Shown here piece by piece: positions 40,260 to 54,439 of a stretch of DNA of 64,000 bases. Numbering within the stretch: the first letter of the stretch is position 1; every line of letters begins with the position of its first letter. Location of the stretch: NCBI GenBank assembly GCA_002633005.1, contig NMRA01000396.1, positions 50,615-114,614 of the forward strand, in the 5' to 3' direction. The notes beneath the pieces are model-generated. The model made no database searches. It was not told the origin of the DNA and saw nothing but the letters and a program-made list of their open reading frames with translations. The stretch comes from Phoronis australis. Its lineage: Eukaryota > Animalia > Phoronida. The position numbers and the translations under genes were made by a program.

Positions 40260-42770
40260 TTCAGGAGATTTTGGGAATATAATTAGATACTGTTAGATAT
40301 GAAGCAATTGGAAATATGACAAACTGTATCGTTGTTGCTAAAAATAAAAATGGTTAAGAACCTGACCTGGAAAATGCTTGCAAAGAATGTGTTTTTATTA
40401 TATTTAGAGCAGAGACTGGTATTTCGTTGTTGTTATTTGTCGAGGAATTTCAAATCTAATACATGCTTTTGATGACAATTCGTTGGAGGGAGGAATTAAA
40501 AGTTTGAGTTGCAATGTCTGAAAAGCAGCTGATTATTGATTCAGGTATGTTGGTGTTTTAATGTGTCTGGTTGGTTTATATTGGATGGGTTTACTAAAGA
40601 AGTTGTTTGTGTAAAAATACTTAGGAAGCTGATTATTGAGGAATTTATAGTAAAATTGAGATTATTAAAGATGTCTTGAAGTAAAGGGATGCGAAGTTCA
40701 TTATAACTAGAATTTGAAATATTCTGAAGGATTCTCTTCTGGGCTGTGTGGAGTTTCCTAGTTTTGCCGAAACTCCAAGTTGCAATGCCATAGTTTAAAT
40801 GTGGGAGAACATGTGAATTAAATATCAACTGGAAGAGATAAATAGGATTTCAATTCATAAATGAGTCCACTGAGTTTGTTTGAGATGAAGTTTATGTGGG
40901 GGGACCATGAGAGGTTTTTCTCAACGTTAATACCAAGGAAAGGAAAACTGTTCACATGACATACATCTGTATGGTTTTCCTATTTATATAAATTGTTGGA
41001 ATAATACATTTTTTAATTTTCTTTTGGGGGTAGTGGTAGATCTTTAATTTACTTTTTGATGTGTTAATTGAAAGTTTGTTCTCGGAAATCCAGTCTGAAA
41101 TAGATTTAAGGTCGTTGTTGATGGTGGTTGATTGCTGTAAAGTGTGTTGGGAAGATTCAGTTAGTTTGTAAGGTGTGACAAGGCAAGTATCATCAGCACA
41201 AAGGTTTGTGTCCATGGGAAAAGAAAACGAAAGATCATTTATGTAAATTAAAAAGAAAAGTGGGCCAAGGACAGAGCCTTGGGGAACACCGGTATATATT
41301 AGTAACCAACTCGAAGTTGTATCTCTTAGTGAAACATGTTGGGTGCAGTTTGAGAGATAATTTTTAAACAGTATATATTCAACTCCAGTAATACCATAGT
41401 GACTTATCTTTTGCAAGAGTATTTGGTGGTCTATTGTGTCGAAAGCTTTAGAGAGATCGAAAAAGATGACCAGGGGATTCACGTCATTGTCTAGATGGGA
41501 ACAAATGCGGTCTAAAAGTTCAAGCGAAGCAAGTACTGTGGAGTGACATTTCCTGAAACCATAAGAATATCATTTTAATTTAGGAAAGTTGAAAGTTGAG
41601 CATGGATATTTTTTCTATAATTTTTGAGATCGTTGGAAGAATAGAAATGGGTCTATAATTGCCCGGGTAGTGTGGGTCCAAACCATGTTGTTTACAAAAT
41701 GGGATTACCTTAACAATTTTGAGAGCATCTGGAAATATACCAGTGTTCAAGCACTGGTTGATGATGGTCTCGTGAGAGATTCAATTATAAAAGGACTTCT
41801 TATTTTGATAATTTTAGATGATAAATTTTCATGATCAGTACTATTTTTTGCGTCTATGCCTCTTATAATATCTAGTACATGTTTATTATTAATTAGTTTC
41901 AAAGAGAAATTAAATTTGTTTGGAGTGGGAAGATAGTATTTGGCATTGTTTTTTTGTGATAGTTATTGATTCAGAAAGGGAAGGGCCGATTCGGGGTATT
42001 TGCCATTTCGGTAGGTCACTGGTTTTAGTGTTATCTGTACGTAGAGACATTCTGGTGTATCATTTTTTTGTTCAAACGCCGTTACTCATAACTCTCTTTA
42101 TTGTATACCATGTGTTATTTATGTCAGATATCCCTTTTAGAATGTGTCATAATAGTAAGATTGCTTGGCGGAATCAACAGTTTTTTGAGAATCTTGTTGT
42201 ATACTTTAAGATTGTTGTGACATGCAGCGTAGGATTGTGTGTTGCGAGGGGTTGCCTTGAATTGTTTGTACAGTTTATCTCGGTAACAAATCGAAAGTAA
42301 AATGCCAGGTGTAATCCACGAGTAAAGCGACTGTTCGTGTCTGTTAAATCTAATATTTTTGGACCAAAGTGTTTTTATGGGAGATATGTCAAAGTATCAC
42401 TGAGTATTGCGTAGTTTTGATTCTGGTGACAATGTAAGCTGCGATCTAGCTTGTTCATGATATTGCAGTTTCGCAAGCTACATGTATTGAGAAAGTGAGT
42501 TTTTGTTTGTGGTGTGTAAGAATATTTTGGAACGAAATTAGGGCGTTTAGGGTGGAGTTTCTTTATTGTTTTTGAAATCAAAGAGAGAAGAATACCAGAG
42601 TGTGTATGGATGTGACCGTGTCAAGTTGATGTAAAGAAGTTATCTAATAAAGTTGATGAGGTGGGGCTAAGACGTGTAGGGTCTGTAATTGAAGGTGACA
42701 AATTGTGATTTGTCATGAAATCCAGGAATGTTTGAACTTCATTATTTTTTGTGTCTCTAGGAGATTCTTG
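40260..42770 (-). mobile_element. Degenerate CR1/L2-type LINE ORF2
   Basis: FFDLSKAFDTIDHQILL, GVPQGSVLGPLFFLIYINDL, CADDT (YADD position) and PHLNYGIATW. Upstream [17 protein letters not shown]. Multiple frameshifts. Confidence 0.92.
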
Positions 42771-42779
42771 ATCAAAAAC

Positions 42780-43176
42780 CTTCTATGATAGCATCAAAAT
42801 AACCTGCCCGCAGTGCTTGGTAAGGAAATTATAAGCAAAACAGAATTTTGCATAAAGGCGGCCTCAGTGGACATAAATTATGGAAATTGACAATGTATTC
42901 GTAAAAAAATTGACCTGTTAAATTCGTTGACCATGGAAACATGGGTAAAACGTCAAAATTATCTGGCTGTAGAGCTTGGTAAGGGAATTATAAGCAAAAA
43001 TAGAATTTTGCATAATGTCGACCCAATTTGCTTATTTTAAAAGATGCTCAAGGGTTGTAAACGGTCATCCCCCTGAATGCTGATTAACTATGCCTAGGCT
43101 ACATGAAACAGCAAAGAAAAAATCTTTATCCGGCAAATCCAGCTTAAGTAAAAAACAGCACTTGGCTCCCGGACTA
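42780..43176. mobile_element. DNA transposon end, possibly Academ-like
   Basis: ~42-bp direct repeat gcttggtaagg(a/g)aattataagcaaaa..agaattttgcataa twice, and terminus ...ggctcccggacta (TAG-type end). Family call is from recollection only. Confidence 0.35.
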
Positions 43177-44029
43177 GTAACGCCACACGGATGCCGCGAG
43201 GTTTGCCACAAGCCACGAGAGTTCATGTATCGTTGGCCAAATGGATGAAGGTTACGAACGTTGAGTTACAGGGTGGGATGGGGTGGGTGTGCCAGTTGTG
43301 GTGTAGACGGGGTGGGAGGACAAGACGGTGATAGCTAAGCCACTGGACAGACTACTGTCGTTTCAGGTGTTTAGGGTACAGACATTTTCTACTTAGGTAA
43401 AACCCGTCACCAAATTCTCTTCGGTGAACATCGCATATAATTTGACACCACGACTGGTCCAGCTCAGTCACAAATTTACCTAATTTGACTTGGAGGACCT
43501 CAGCCTCTGGCACTGGCCTTGATTTATGAGGTGCTATAGAGCATGTCAAATATTCTGAAGTGCCTTCAGCATGACTCACTAAACCCACAAAACTTTCGTG
43601 ATCACACTTTTTGTTGAAAACTTTCTAAACGAACAGGAATGACGTTCTTTCCCCATTTTGTCTTAATCACATTATACGCTCTACAAGTCTCTACGAATTA
43701 CAATATTTACAAGTTCAAAAACCAAAGGTGTTCATTTCAATTTAAAAACACTAAAGAGTGTTTGAAATAATGTGTTATTGGAAACAACCCTAAACTTAAA
43801 TCTAATTCTAACAAAAATCCAAAGAAATGTATGTACATGTACACGATTTTATACATCCTCAAACCTAATGTCGACCGATCGACTGGGCGATGGTCATCGG
43901 ATCCAAGTGTTGGATGTGACCTTAATTACACTAATATGATCCTTATACTCACTAAGCTCAGAATATTCCACTGATTATTTACACAACGATACATGTAAAT
44001 TTCGAGCGACATTTTTATACATTTTGTCA

Positions 44030-46870
44030 AGGTTTGGATTCATGTTTTGTGTTTAAGTACCTCCATGTAAACATAGACAACGCGCATGAAAAGTATTGCT
44101 GATGATTTTAGCAGTTTGCAGATAAAGTTATGAATCATTTTATGACACCAAGACTCGAAATATCTATGCGGAGTTGTCACTGATATCCGAGGTTTGCGTG
44201 ACTGTCTGAACTCGTCGTTTCTCATTCAGCCGGTGGTGTTATCAACGAATTGTTGTCGTCTAAATTATTCATAAAATACCTTCAGGAAGTAACCCTGTCC
44301 TATACATATAAACCGGTATCTTGTCAAATGGCTCTGCAATCGCATTCCGGACAAAAAACTTGCTGTCCGACTTACTGCACCGACTACATCTCCCAAAAAT
44401 AACTAAAATTTTTTGGTTTCTACAACGTAAACCACGTAAATTCCCTAGCACTAAACTTCATCAAAGTGTGGTTGCACCCATTGTTTGCTGCTGGAGAGTT
44501 CAAAAGGTTAAAGATTAACCAGAGTCTACAGCACTGAAATAACTTTCAAAAGACTACAGTGTTCAAAACAATGTCATAAGCCTACTAAACTGACGATTAG
44601 CATCCAGATGTATTTTAGAGCAAAAGCCACGGGTATAACGCGCACATACTTTGAGAATAATTTAGATGCTCAATATTCAGTGGAGAATACTGGTTTGAAA
44701 ACGCGATATGCTCATATTTGACTATTACCACCTTTAACACCAAAACATGTCGAGAACACCCAGCAAAATCATACAGCATAAGGACATCCCTAAGTGACTG
44801 TAAAGTCTTTTGAGACAAAACCTTGGATGAGTAAGAATTGTTACTCGTAAAAACTGTTTGTTAGGTTGAAATGATATTTAAGGCAGTATGGAACTTTCTA
44901 GTAGATTGAGTTCAGTAGTGATGATGTAGTTTGTTCACCGCAGTATAGTGTGGAACTTTCTAGAAGACTCTAGCACGACATTGATTAATGCAGTCTGGAA
45001 TATTCTAGATACTAGTATACGTTTGTAGATTGATCGGGTAGGTCCATAAAGTTCTGGCATGTGCTTGAATTGATGAAAAATTCTAGAACATTGGATTAGT
45101 CTATAAACACACAAGCACGGGCGGCTTGTGATAGTTAGTTAAGAAAGAAGAAAACCAGTAAAGAAGTTAAAGAGTTGCAGTGAAGTGAATCAGCAATTAC
45201 ATCGAGAGTTCACAGAGCTGAGCCAGCTACAGACAACATATTATTGAATGAACGAGTGTAACAGTTGCTGAAAGTGTCTCAAAGGTTGATCACAAGTCAA
45301 GGCTTCGCAGCACTGGCTGGAGCATAGAACAGACATTACGTCGGACGTTTTGTTTTAGTAGGCTTGTGAACTTAGGTCGGTATTAATAAAGGATTAACTC
45401 GAACCAGTCTTTAGTCTATCGTCGCACCGAAAGCTATTAGCACCAGTCTGTAACAACCTGCGCCCATCCACACACGGGGAAAACGTGACAGACTCTACCT
45501 GTTGGTTTTTATATGAGTCGCACTTAAATGGATGTTTGTGGTGTACATATTTTTAGTCCATTTAAGTAGTTTAAATTTAAACGTGCAATTGCAACAAAAG
45601 ATGCATGTCAACATGAATTACCTTTTGGTGCAAACATTTCAGACAACATGCTTTAATGTTTCTCATGCGGCTTGTCCCAATATTGAACGAAACCTGTGAT
45701 TCCCATCTTGCTCTGTTGCAATACAATTATGAAAAAAGTCACCTGATTTGCAAAAAAGTTATTACAGTGACCCGTGGAAAGTTTATAACAACTCAAAAGT
45801 TTTGACAAAACCACGAATTGATAAGCAATAGAGTCATATGACCAATGTTAAAGAACACTGAGAGGCAAAACAATTTGCTAATTTCAGGAAATCAAAATGA
45901 ACCCTACTTCTTTTTTTATCTGAAGAAGATATCATTGCAGCCGGAATTTTTCTTTTCTGATTGTGAGTACGAAACCTCCCTCCAATACAACCTCCTGAAA
46001 ATACAAGTACATCTGCTGGGGTGGGAGTCCAGAAGCAGACGGACAACTAAATGAACTGGGGCCAAGGGAAAAGATTCCGTCTACTAATTGCAGTTTTGCT
46101 GTCGGTGTTTGTGGTGGCTGCACTGGTATTACTACAGTATAGTAGCTGCTGAGAACAGCTTTTGATGAGGACAGGACTCAAGGTGCAAATACAACAACAA
46201 AACAACACCGCACAGTTGACGCCTCGCATGTGAAGTGTCATATTAACCCCACAAGTGCAATTGTGGCAGCAGAGAATTCATCTGGCTGGAAAAAAAATTC
46301 TGTAAACTTTCTCTCTCGCAAAGCTTACATGATCCAAGTCAGCCGAAAACAGTACGTCGGCCTTGCTCTTACATGTAGTTACCCGTTGCCTGGGATCCCA
46401 TCCACAATATTCCGCTTTAGTTCATGAAAGAGGCTGGACAACTCCCCAAGTATTGCTTCCCTAAACGGAGTAGAGACATCGTGTCCCACAAAACTTTTTT
46501 GTTGGATAAAATCCCTCACAGTGATATTCTTTTGTCACTTCATACAGAAAATTCATGTGAAGACGTCATTTAATACACAGGTGCTTGCGTTTATGTGTTC
46601 CTCGATCACCACTGTCTGTATTGCCTCTTTCAAGCAAACATATAACTACGTACAATTCTGTCTATATTGATATATTGTACTGATGGTAAAAAAGTTGAAA
46701 TAATAACAGAAGGCAGTCACAACACTACCAAATAAATCTAAAATGATATCCATAACACAATCGGATCTATCATAAATATAAGTCAACTGATGAGCCAAAA
46801 AGTCGGTACTATGGAAAAAGCCGACTAAAAGAGGCTCCATCTATCGGGAAAAATGAAACACCCGAGAGGT
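44030..46870 (+). pseudogene. Highly decayed inverted paralogue of the GPCR large exon, interrupted by a solo LTR
   Basis: Collinear motifs vs GPCR-1: YC**F*QFAD (44094, vs YCDEFCADFGD); YAE (44165); GILSNGSAIAFR (44315, vs GYLRDGRYYAFR); LASRCILEQKPR (44597, vs LAHHCNIRVEPR); YEKSHLICKKVITVTRGKF (45728, vs YDKMTKKCRPLVCPRGKF); DCEYE; TM1 RLLIA...LLQYSSC*E (46078); FIWL (46277); CWI...FN (46500-46574). Many stops and frameshifts. Confidence 0.72.
44839..45490 (+). mobile_element. Solo LTR (~650 bp, probably Gypsy-type)
   Basis: TGTTAC...GTGACA termini, TATAAA at 45102, AATAAA at ~45385, imperfect 4-bp flanks gaat/gact. It interrupts the collinear pseudogene motifs. Confidence 0.7.
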
Positions 46871-47654
46871 GACAGTAGTAACCTGTTACATAAAATAAAG
46901 TCACCAAATTGGCACGAAAACTATACTCAGATGTACTACGGTATAATGGGTAACTAATTTTTAAGGGAGCTTTATGTTTGGAACATATGAAATGGCTAAC
47001 TTACAATGTGATTAACCATAGCTCGACAGCTGAAACAGACTGTACGAAAAGTACGAATTAACAAAGCGCACGCGTGACTCTAAGTGCAGATGAACCAACT
47101 GAGAGCAAGAATGCTGGCAGTAGAGGACACACTGACGTAACTCACTACGAAGAAAACATGCTTCCTATAATGTTTATGAGTCATCTTCAAATTCAAGCGA
47201 CTGTGGTTTGATTTACACTGTAACAACTCACGAGAATACCTAAAATTTTCAATTACATCATGTAAATTTGATATGCTAATGAGGTTGTAGTTGACCACTG
47301 CGCCATCTATACAGTGATGGAAAAGCATAAGTACCCGAGGCTGCGTGTAGGATTATGTGTCCTGAAGTCTGTATTTTCAAAGTACAATTACATCGCTGTT
47401 GAATATTGCAAAGGAAGTTTATCCGTATCACTCTATAGGAAAAGCTTTACGCTTTATGATGAATTCATCTGTTTTCTGCAAGTCGTACCTTCCTGGTAAT
47501 GACTTGTTGATATAAGTGATGGTTATTGTTAATCATGCGCTTAGGGCTAAACTTAGCAGCTATGATAACTGATTTTAAATGCCATTTTGCTTTTTTTCTA
47601 CAATAAGCTATTACTATCGCTCTTGAACAGGAACTGCCTGCACGTGGCACTTAC

Positions 47655-47767
47655 CAAGAACACAGAGTGTGTTGAAAAGCAACACCGTTGAAAGCAGCAA
47701 ATTATCCTTCGCATTTTGCAAACCGGAGATAAAGTTTAAGACGGTCTCTGTGCCTTGTGTTCTTACC
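47655..47767 (-). pseudogene. Orphan copy of the GPCR signal-peptide exon with start codon lost
   Basis: 113 nt, the same length as the GPCR-2 exon 61660-61772. Intact ttttcag|GGTAAGAACACA acceptor and G|gtaagt donor. Reads KDNLLLSTVLLFNTLCVL with AAG at the ATG position. Intronic homology continues over 47768-48030 vs 61773-62020. Confidence 0.82.
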
Positions 47768-50700
47768 CTGAAAATCACGACATGATTTAGTTTCTCCTTT
47801 CATATATTCACTCCCTGGCCCTTGGCATAATATACAGATCCCCGAACTCTTGCTAAATTAGCATGCACTCAAGAAACTTGTTTGTGATATGTGTTCTAAT
47901 TAACTATATTATGATTATGGTAAAGCTGAAAATGAATCCTCAGTTGGTAGTTGATGACCTTGTACATGCATTTCAAGCAACGCAAATATCGGGTTTGTGT
48001 CTCGAATCTAGTGGCCACCAGGTGCACACGTGAGTAGAAAATAATGCGAGTAAACCATTATAGTGTGATTAATTAAAACAAAAACAAAATTACTTCACTT
48101 GGTTGCCGGATCCAACTCGGAGAAACATCAGGATTGGCTTGACTTGTTTATTTTCAACAATGGCAGATAAGCCAAAATTGGAACCATTACAAATAAGTAT
48201 AAATTAAAGTGGGTTTTTTTGCAAATCTCATTTACAAAAGTGTGACACACTAATTACTCTAGCAACCTATGCGAAAGTTAACAAAGTCAATACAATAGCT
48301 GTACAAAGAATTAGCCCAAAAACGAATCATTCGGCTTATTTATAAAATAGCGACTAATTAATTAAAGTCAAAAAATAAAACAATGAACAAGTATGGCACG
48401 AAGAAAAAAGGAATTAAATGAATAATGTATTTGAAAATAATGAAAAACACAACATAGCATAGAAATTTAAATGATTGATTGCTATGACATTTCAAACTGA
48501 ACGTACCGTTGGGATGCAGTGACATTTACAACAATTGTCACAAAGTACAGTGAATACTCCAACTATCTATCCGAACCTTGTAGATACGCGTTTTCTGATA
48601 GATAAAATGGACGAATATCTATTCGAAATGTGGTGTGAATAGCTCGTTACATTGGTCGTCGTTAAACTCAGGACTAAGCATAAACATTTAAAAATCAATT
48701 CATTTCTTCCCCAGGCAAAAGTTAGTTGTACTGGTGCATGCAGTGCGTGTTGTCGTAAACAAGAGACATTAAAATACTTTTAGGTAATAGTCGGATAAAA
48801 GGTGTCAACATTTGAGAATCATTTTTCCACCAAATAACGGGCATCATACTGATTCTCGAAAGTCGGGCACGCTACAATATATCCGACTTTTGGCCATTGT
48901 TAGGATATTTGTGTTACTAAAAACAGTGGATGCTAAAAAGAAAACATCAATGTTCAAAACGAAGAGACAGTGACATTCAGAACACCCGGGCTCTACTCTG
49001 GGTCCCTCTTTTCCGGATTTTTTGGTGTCTGAAGAGGAAAAAAGGCTAGCAATGTGATAGGTGGTATTTCTATCTATGTAGGTTATATGGATAGTATTTT
49101 TGTTTATTGTGCTTTGTTGACTAGTTATCAGTACGTGATGAACTTGAGCGTCACTTTGTTTTCAAGTTTATCCAAGATCTTCCTGTTAAAGACAGCATTC
49201 CATTTTCGACGTGCTTGCTAACCATTCTCTATTTGATTTTTCTACATCACTTTATCACAAGTCTACCGATAAATGTTTCAATCTTCACGCCAAAAGCGAG
49301 CCTTGAGAAGTGTGGTCAACCTCCTAAAGAGGGCGTGCAGTGTATTTGGTTGGTGTCGTCTGATTGGCTTACTTTCAATCAAGAGGTATATCGTAAAAGA
49401 TAAACCCTGTTGAATAATGTCTACACTATTGCTTTTTAGACGATGTTAGTCGATGTATGTCCAAAATTAATTGTGAATCGACTACATGTCGGTCCTGCGT
49501 GACCAAAAAGATATTATACAGAACAATGTTATGTCCATTAATTACCTCCAGAACGAACACTTCTTGAACATTGTGGGGGGAGTGGCTGCACTTATGTAGC
49601 AGGCCCCAATTCTGTGGCCCGAAACTAATTTTTGCTATATCATTTTAATAAGACGAAGCCATTCAAAATAATAAGCTGTTAAGGGATTATGTCAATGTTA
49701 ATAAGTCCGATGATTATATGTACCTCGTTGTATTTTTATTATAGGAATAGAATGTCCTCGAACTTCGTCATAGTAAAATAATATTTCTAAAGCAAAAGTC
49801 CGCCCCGTTTCCCAGTGTATTGGTGTTTATGAACGTAAAATTACGCGTCAAGAAATCGTGGACAACACGACTTAATTCAATACGTATAATACGATGTGCT
49901 GCCATTAACATTTATTGGAGCACCTTCTTATTTCACACCTGACGCGCCCCACTGTGTATGTTTTCAGATTTTGCACTGTAGTAGTATTACTGCGTCATTT
50001 CATTTCCAGTTTAGAATGAAACAAGAATTTTTCGTGATACCGTTTGTATTTTAATCACATCTCTTGGTTATTTTCTTTACCGATGTGCTATTGGGTGTCG
50101 AAATTTGTTCTGAGCACACGGTCACAAAAGAATAAAGATTACTAACAATGACAAGTGTCGTGTATTCATCCAATTTAATGCATATCGGAACGCATTTTGC
50201 ATACAGAATTTCTCAACTTTAAAGAATAAATAACAAGACAATTGGATTGATAAGCGGGGTAACTGGATCTATACCGAAAAGTAAGGGTTATGTATTCTCC
50301 GCAACAAGCAAATGTGTGTGGGTGGCGGCAGCATTTTTGGAACGGGAGATTACGGTTGCCGAAGCACTCAAAAACTCTCGATAATAAATTCTACAACTGA
50401 AAAATAAAATATGTAGGGCAAATGATAAAAGACCAATAAAAGAACACTCACGAAGTGTCGATTAACTCAACAGCGGCGAGTCGGAAAGAAAAACGGATGA
50501 CACGACGCAGGTCTATCCACATGCCAAGTTTCGGAAATGCCGTGGGAGACGCCGGAGATACGGCACGAAAGCTCAATTAATTATATAGGAATTTTTGGAA
50601 AATATTGAGTAAGTCGACCAAAGTAAGTCGTAAAAATGGAAGGCACAGTTTCCGATAGCTCTAGACAGACTACATTCCGAATACAAGAAAAAAATATCTA

Positions 50701-53700
50701 CAAGAACAACGGAGCTATGGCTCGGAAAACTAAACGTTCGAGAAATGGGCCCGATATCGTCATCTTTGAGTTGAATTTCAACCAGAAAAATAAAAAAACA
50801 AGAAGTTTCGAGCCACTAGATGAAAAAGCAACAGACTTGGAGAATTGCAAACGGATTTAGATTTAAGAGCAAAACTTTGCCTTGCGTACTACACAATTAT
50901 TTCTGAAAATAATAACATCTCACCTCAACAAAAGTGTAAACTCTCTTATAGCCGTACAAACAAAAACACGTTTACACGCACAAATAAAATCACCGCATAT
51001 TATTCCTAGGCTGTCATGTAATCATAAAGGCCTGGCTAAAGTCGTTGTGTAAAACCAATTTTCTGTCATCAGACCCTAAAACTCTTTAACGTGAGTTGTA
51101 AGCGCGCTATACATATAGGTCACATTTCTTATACGATCAACGTGAAATCCACATGCAATAAATGTTTTGTACTGTAAACATACGCGACGCAGCACTGAAA
51201 AACGCTGGGCTATAGCCCTACCCCCATCAGGGCTTAAAACCGATTGTTTGTGGTCGCAGCGGAGCTCTAGTGCTGCGGTCCCAAGACTGAATTTTCTTCC
51301 AAAATTCGGTATGTAAATATATCTCGTCAATTCCAAACGAGACTTGTCATCTCTTTATCACTATGACCTACCTAGGGTTATTGAATATGTTGTAATGAAG
51401 GTTCTGTAATTACTTTAATGTTTTTTGTGCTTATCGTTGACACCGCTTGATAGATCTGTTTAGAACTTGCTATGAGGGTAGATTTCGTCAACTGATGATA
51501 TCAGTTTTCAATAACAATTGACGGATATTTGAGGTTATCCAATCTTTTTAAAACTAGTCTTTTTATTGATTTCTCAATGCGTTTAATAGGATTTTCATTT
51601 ACTGCACATTGGGTAATAGGCAACGGGGGTCGTTGATGTTCTTTGTTTCGACAACCTCAGATCTAATTTTTAACCTGTTTAGCTGCTGTTAGGTGTCGCT
51701 CCTTAGAGCGCTTTCTTTCGAATATTCTCCATTAGTCATCGTCATGATCGTCAGTTTCGCCAGTGCTGTTGACATTAGGTGTAATGTAGGCAACGTTGTT
51801 TCCCTAGGATGGGAGAGTTCTGGCTTGCATGAGCGTTGCAATGGGAATTTATGTCATTATATTTTAGTTGTCGAACAGTGACAGCTGCGGTGTCGACGGC
51901 GGTTCACTGTCTCAGTGGCTTCTGGATGCGTTCTAGGCTTGTCAGCCTGTTTATATTTTTTATTTACCGGTATCCTTAAATGTATATTAATATATCAGTG
52001 TTGTAAATCGTTACACTTAAACACTAATTTTGCTGGCATCGTCAATTAGAATTATGGACACGGTATAACACCAATACCGTGGTCTCATGATTTGTCACTG
52101 ATGGCTCGCCGATGTTGGCAATGGCGTCTTCAGTGAAGGCGTTGTTTTTCTTACCCACTGTTTCGTTATGACATGACTCTTGTATACTAATCTAGGAATT
52201 AAGAAACTCTTACATTGTAGCTTATACTCTCCTGAGTACTTTTCAATAAAATGGTCACTTTTAATGAGTCACACTGCGATAATTTACGGCGGATGTTAAA
52301 GGTCATTACAAGACTTTCTCTATGTAGGGATTACTCTGTTAAATGGGTAAGCAGTCATTCATCTAATCGACGAACTCTATCGATCTGGGAGGTTTGGCAA
52401 AGAAAATTTAAGAATGAAACAGAAACTTTACGTTTTACACCTGAATGATGCGAGCAACACAAAAGCCAAATAATTGTTTTGCAAGATGCATGTTATGACC
52501 CAAAATGAATTTCATTAACCATTACGTGTACATTGAAGAAAGGCTAGATTATGCATTTCATTCATCCAAAAAAAAATTGAAAATCGAGTATGAATATGAC
52601 GTACAACTCTCGGCACGAGAACATGCTGTGTACCTTAAATTACCTTATCGCGTTTACAACGGTCAAAAATTTACTTTTGACATTGCTGTTCAATGGGATT
52701 GATTCCTTGTACATTTTGTTTTCGTAAATTTGGTCAAGTTTTTGAGATTGTATTGGAAATAACTATTTCTCGGCCTTGCCTAGACTTGGAAGAAAGGCTG
52801 GTGATTTACCAGGAAATGACGGCGCCAGGAATTGAACTCAGGCGGTAGAGAGTTGTCTGCGACAGCTGTCGTTGGAGGTTCGATCGTGAGCTAAAGCAGA
52901 AAGTTTGATTTCTCGCCGTTGCCGAATACAGATACGTTAACCTCATTTATAACTTGTGAACACGTCAGGCATTTCACTGCATTATAGTAAGTTTTATAGA
53001 AAGATGCATATATATGGTAAATATTTTCTTAGAACCGGATCTGATGTCCCAAGTATTGCTCTTGAACGAGGGAAAATAAAATGCTGACGATAGGAAGATA
53101 TATTATATAATTAATGGAACGAAATATATTTTGCATATTTATTGATCCCGGTTGCAGTGCCTGTATTTTACCTAACTCCGTTGATGAAGGCCACATGGAG
53201 TTCTGATTTTTCTATTTGTGTATTTTGTTTATCTTTTCATACCTTTTGATCTCATTGTCTAACCAGTGACGGCACTAACCTTTTTGTAATCTTTTGTCAT
53301 TTTTTTTACATCACATTATTTGATATTACATCGACAACGGATGTGGCACCGTTTCTTTACCATGAGCATTTTACACCGATCCCGTTGTTTGTGAATTATG
53401 TGTAGATGTCTAAGCAATGTTATTCTTTTAAGATACGGATATTCCCAATTTCCTTTTAACTGAAAAATAAAGTTCCACAGGTTTACCACCCGTTACTTAA
53501 GTATTTTTTCATTAAAGAAGACAAGTTAAGTTCTTTTTCTTTATGCATTTCATACACTCATTTCTTTCTCAAAAACTTAGAACTCGTTTTTACGTATTTA
53601 CCAGATATAGCACAAATGATTCCAAACGTGTGGTGTAAATTACATACTTTATTTGCTGACCAAAAATTGCAGCTATTCTTCTACAACCTGCAAAACTAAA

Positions 53701-54439
53701 CGTATTTGGTGTATTAACAGTACACATTTTCAATGCTTTGTTCCTGTTTGAATACTTTAAGTGGCAAATTGAGCTTTTCCATTTATTTTTTTTCTGTTAC
53801 AATAAATAAAAGTTTTACTTAAATTTAATTAATTTTCACTTGCTGTGATACAAACCAGAAACTAATAACAATATAGTAATGGTCCTGTTAAGTCGGGAGA
53901 GTTGCTTTTAATTTAATGAAACTGTTGATTGTGTGGCGAGACAAAGGTTGCTCCGTTCAATTTTCAGCGGCTATATTCGTCATTTGCTGATTAAATGTTC
54001 TATATGAACTGACTGAGACGTCATAACGGGATTACTTGCACTAATTATCACATGGGACCGTCACCACTGATGCATTAACTGTCTAGTTGACACATAAGGT
54101 CATACGAAAGTAAATAATAAAGATAAGTTATAGCAAACACAGTAAAGTGACACGTGAAACACTAAAATTAATGCTGTTGACTATCTGTCAGGTACCCAAA
54201 AGTGATTTACTTTTTGACAGGTAATTTCTCAGCAATTGACCAACCAAATGTTTCACAACAAGTCTGCTAAAGACCCCAGAAAAAATATAAAAAATGCATG
54301 TTGTGTGAAATTCAATATAATAGGGTAAAAAAGAATATCACTGTGACGTTAATCGTGCTCATGCTGTGCTGGCATCTACCTGCCGGGATCTTAAAATATT
54401 GTTTGTTATTGCGAGATCTGAATCCAAATCAGTTTTGTC

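Noticed and set aside
46051-46152. N-terminal anchor of a type II membrane enzyme (MNWGQGKRFRLLIAVLL...)
   Set aside because: Better explained as TM1 of the decayed GPCR copy, since it sits in register with the flanking motifs.
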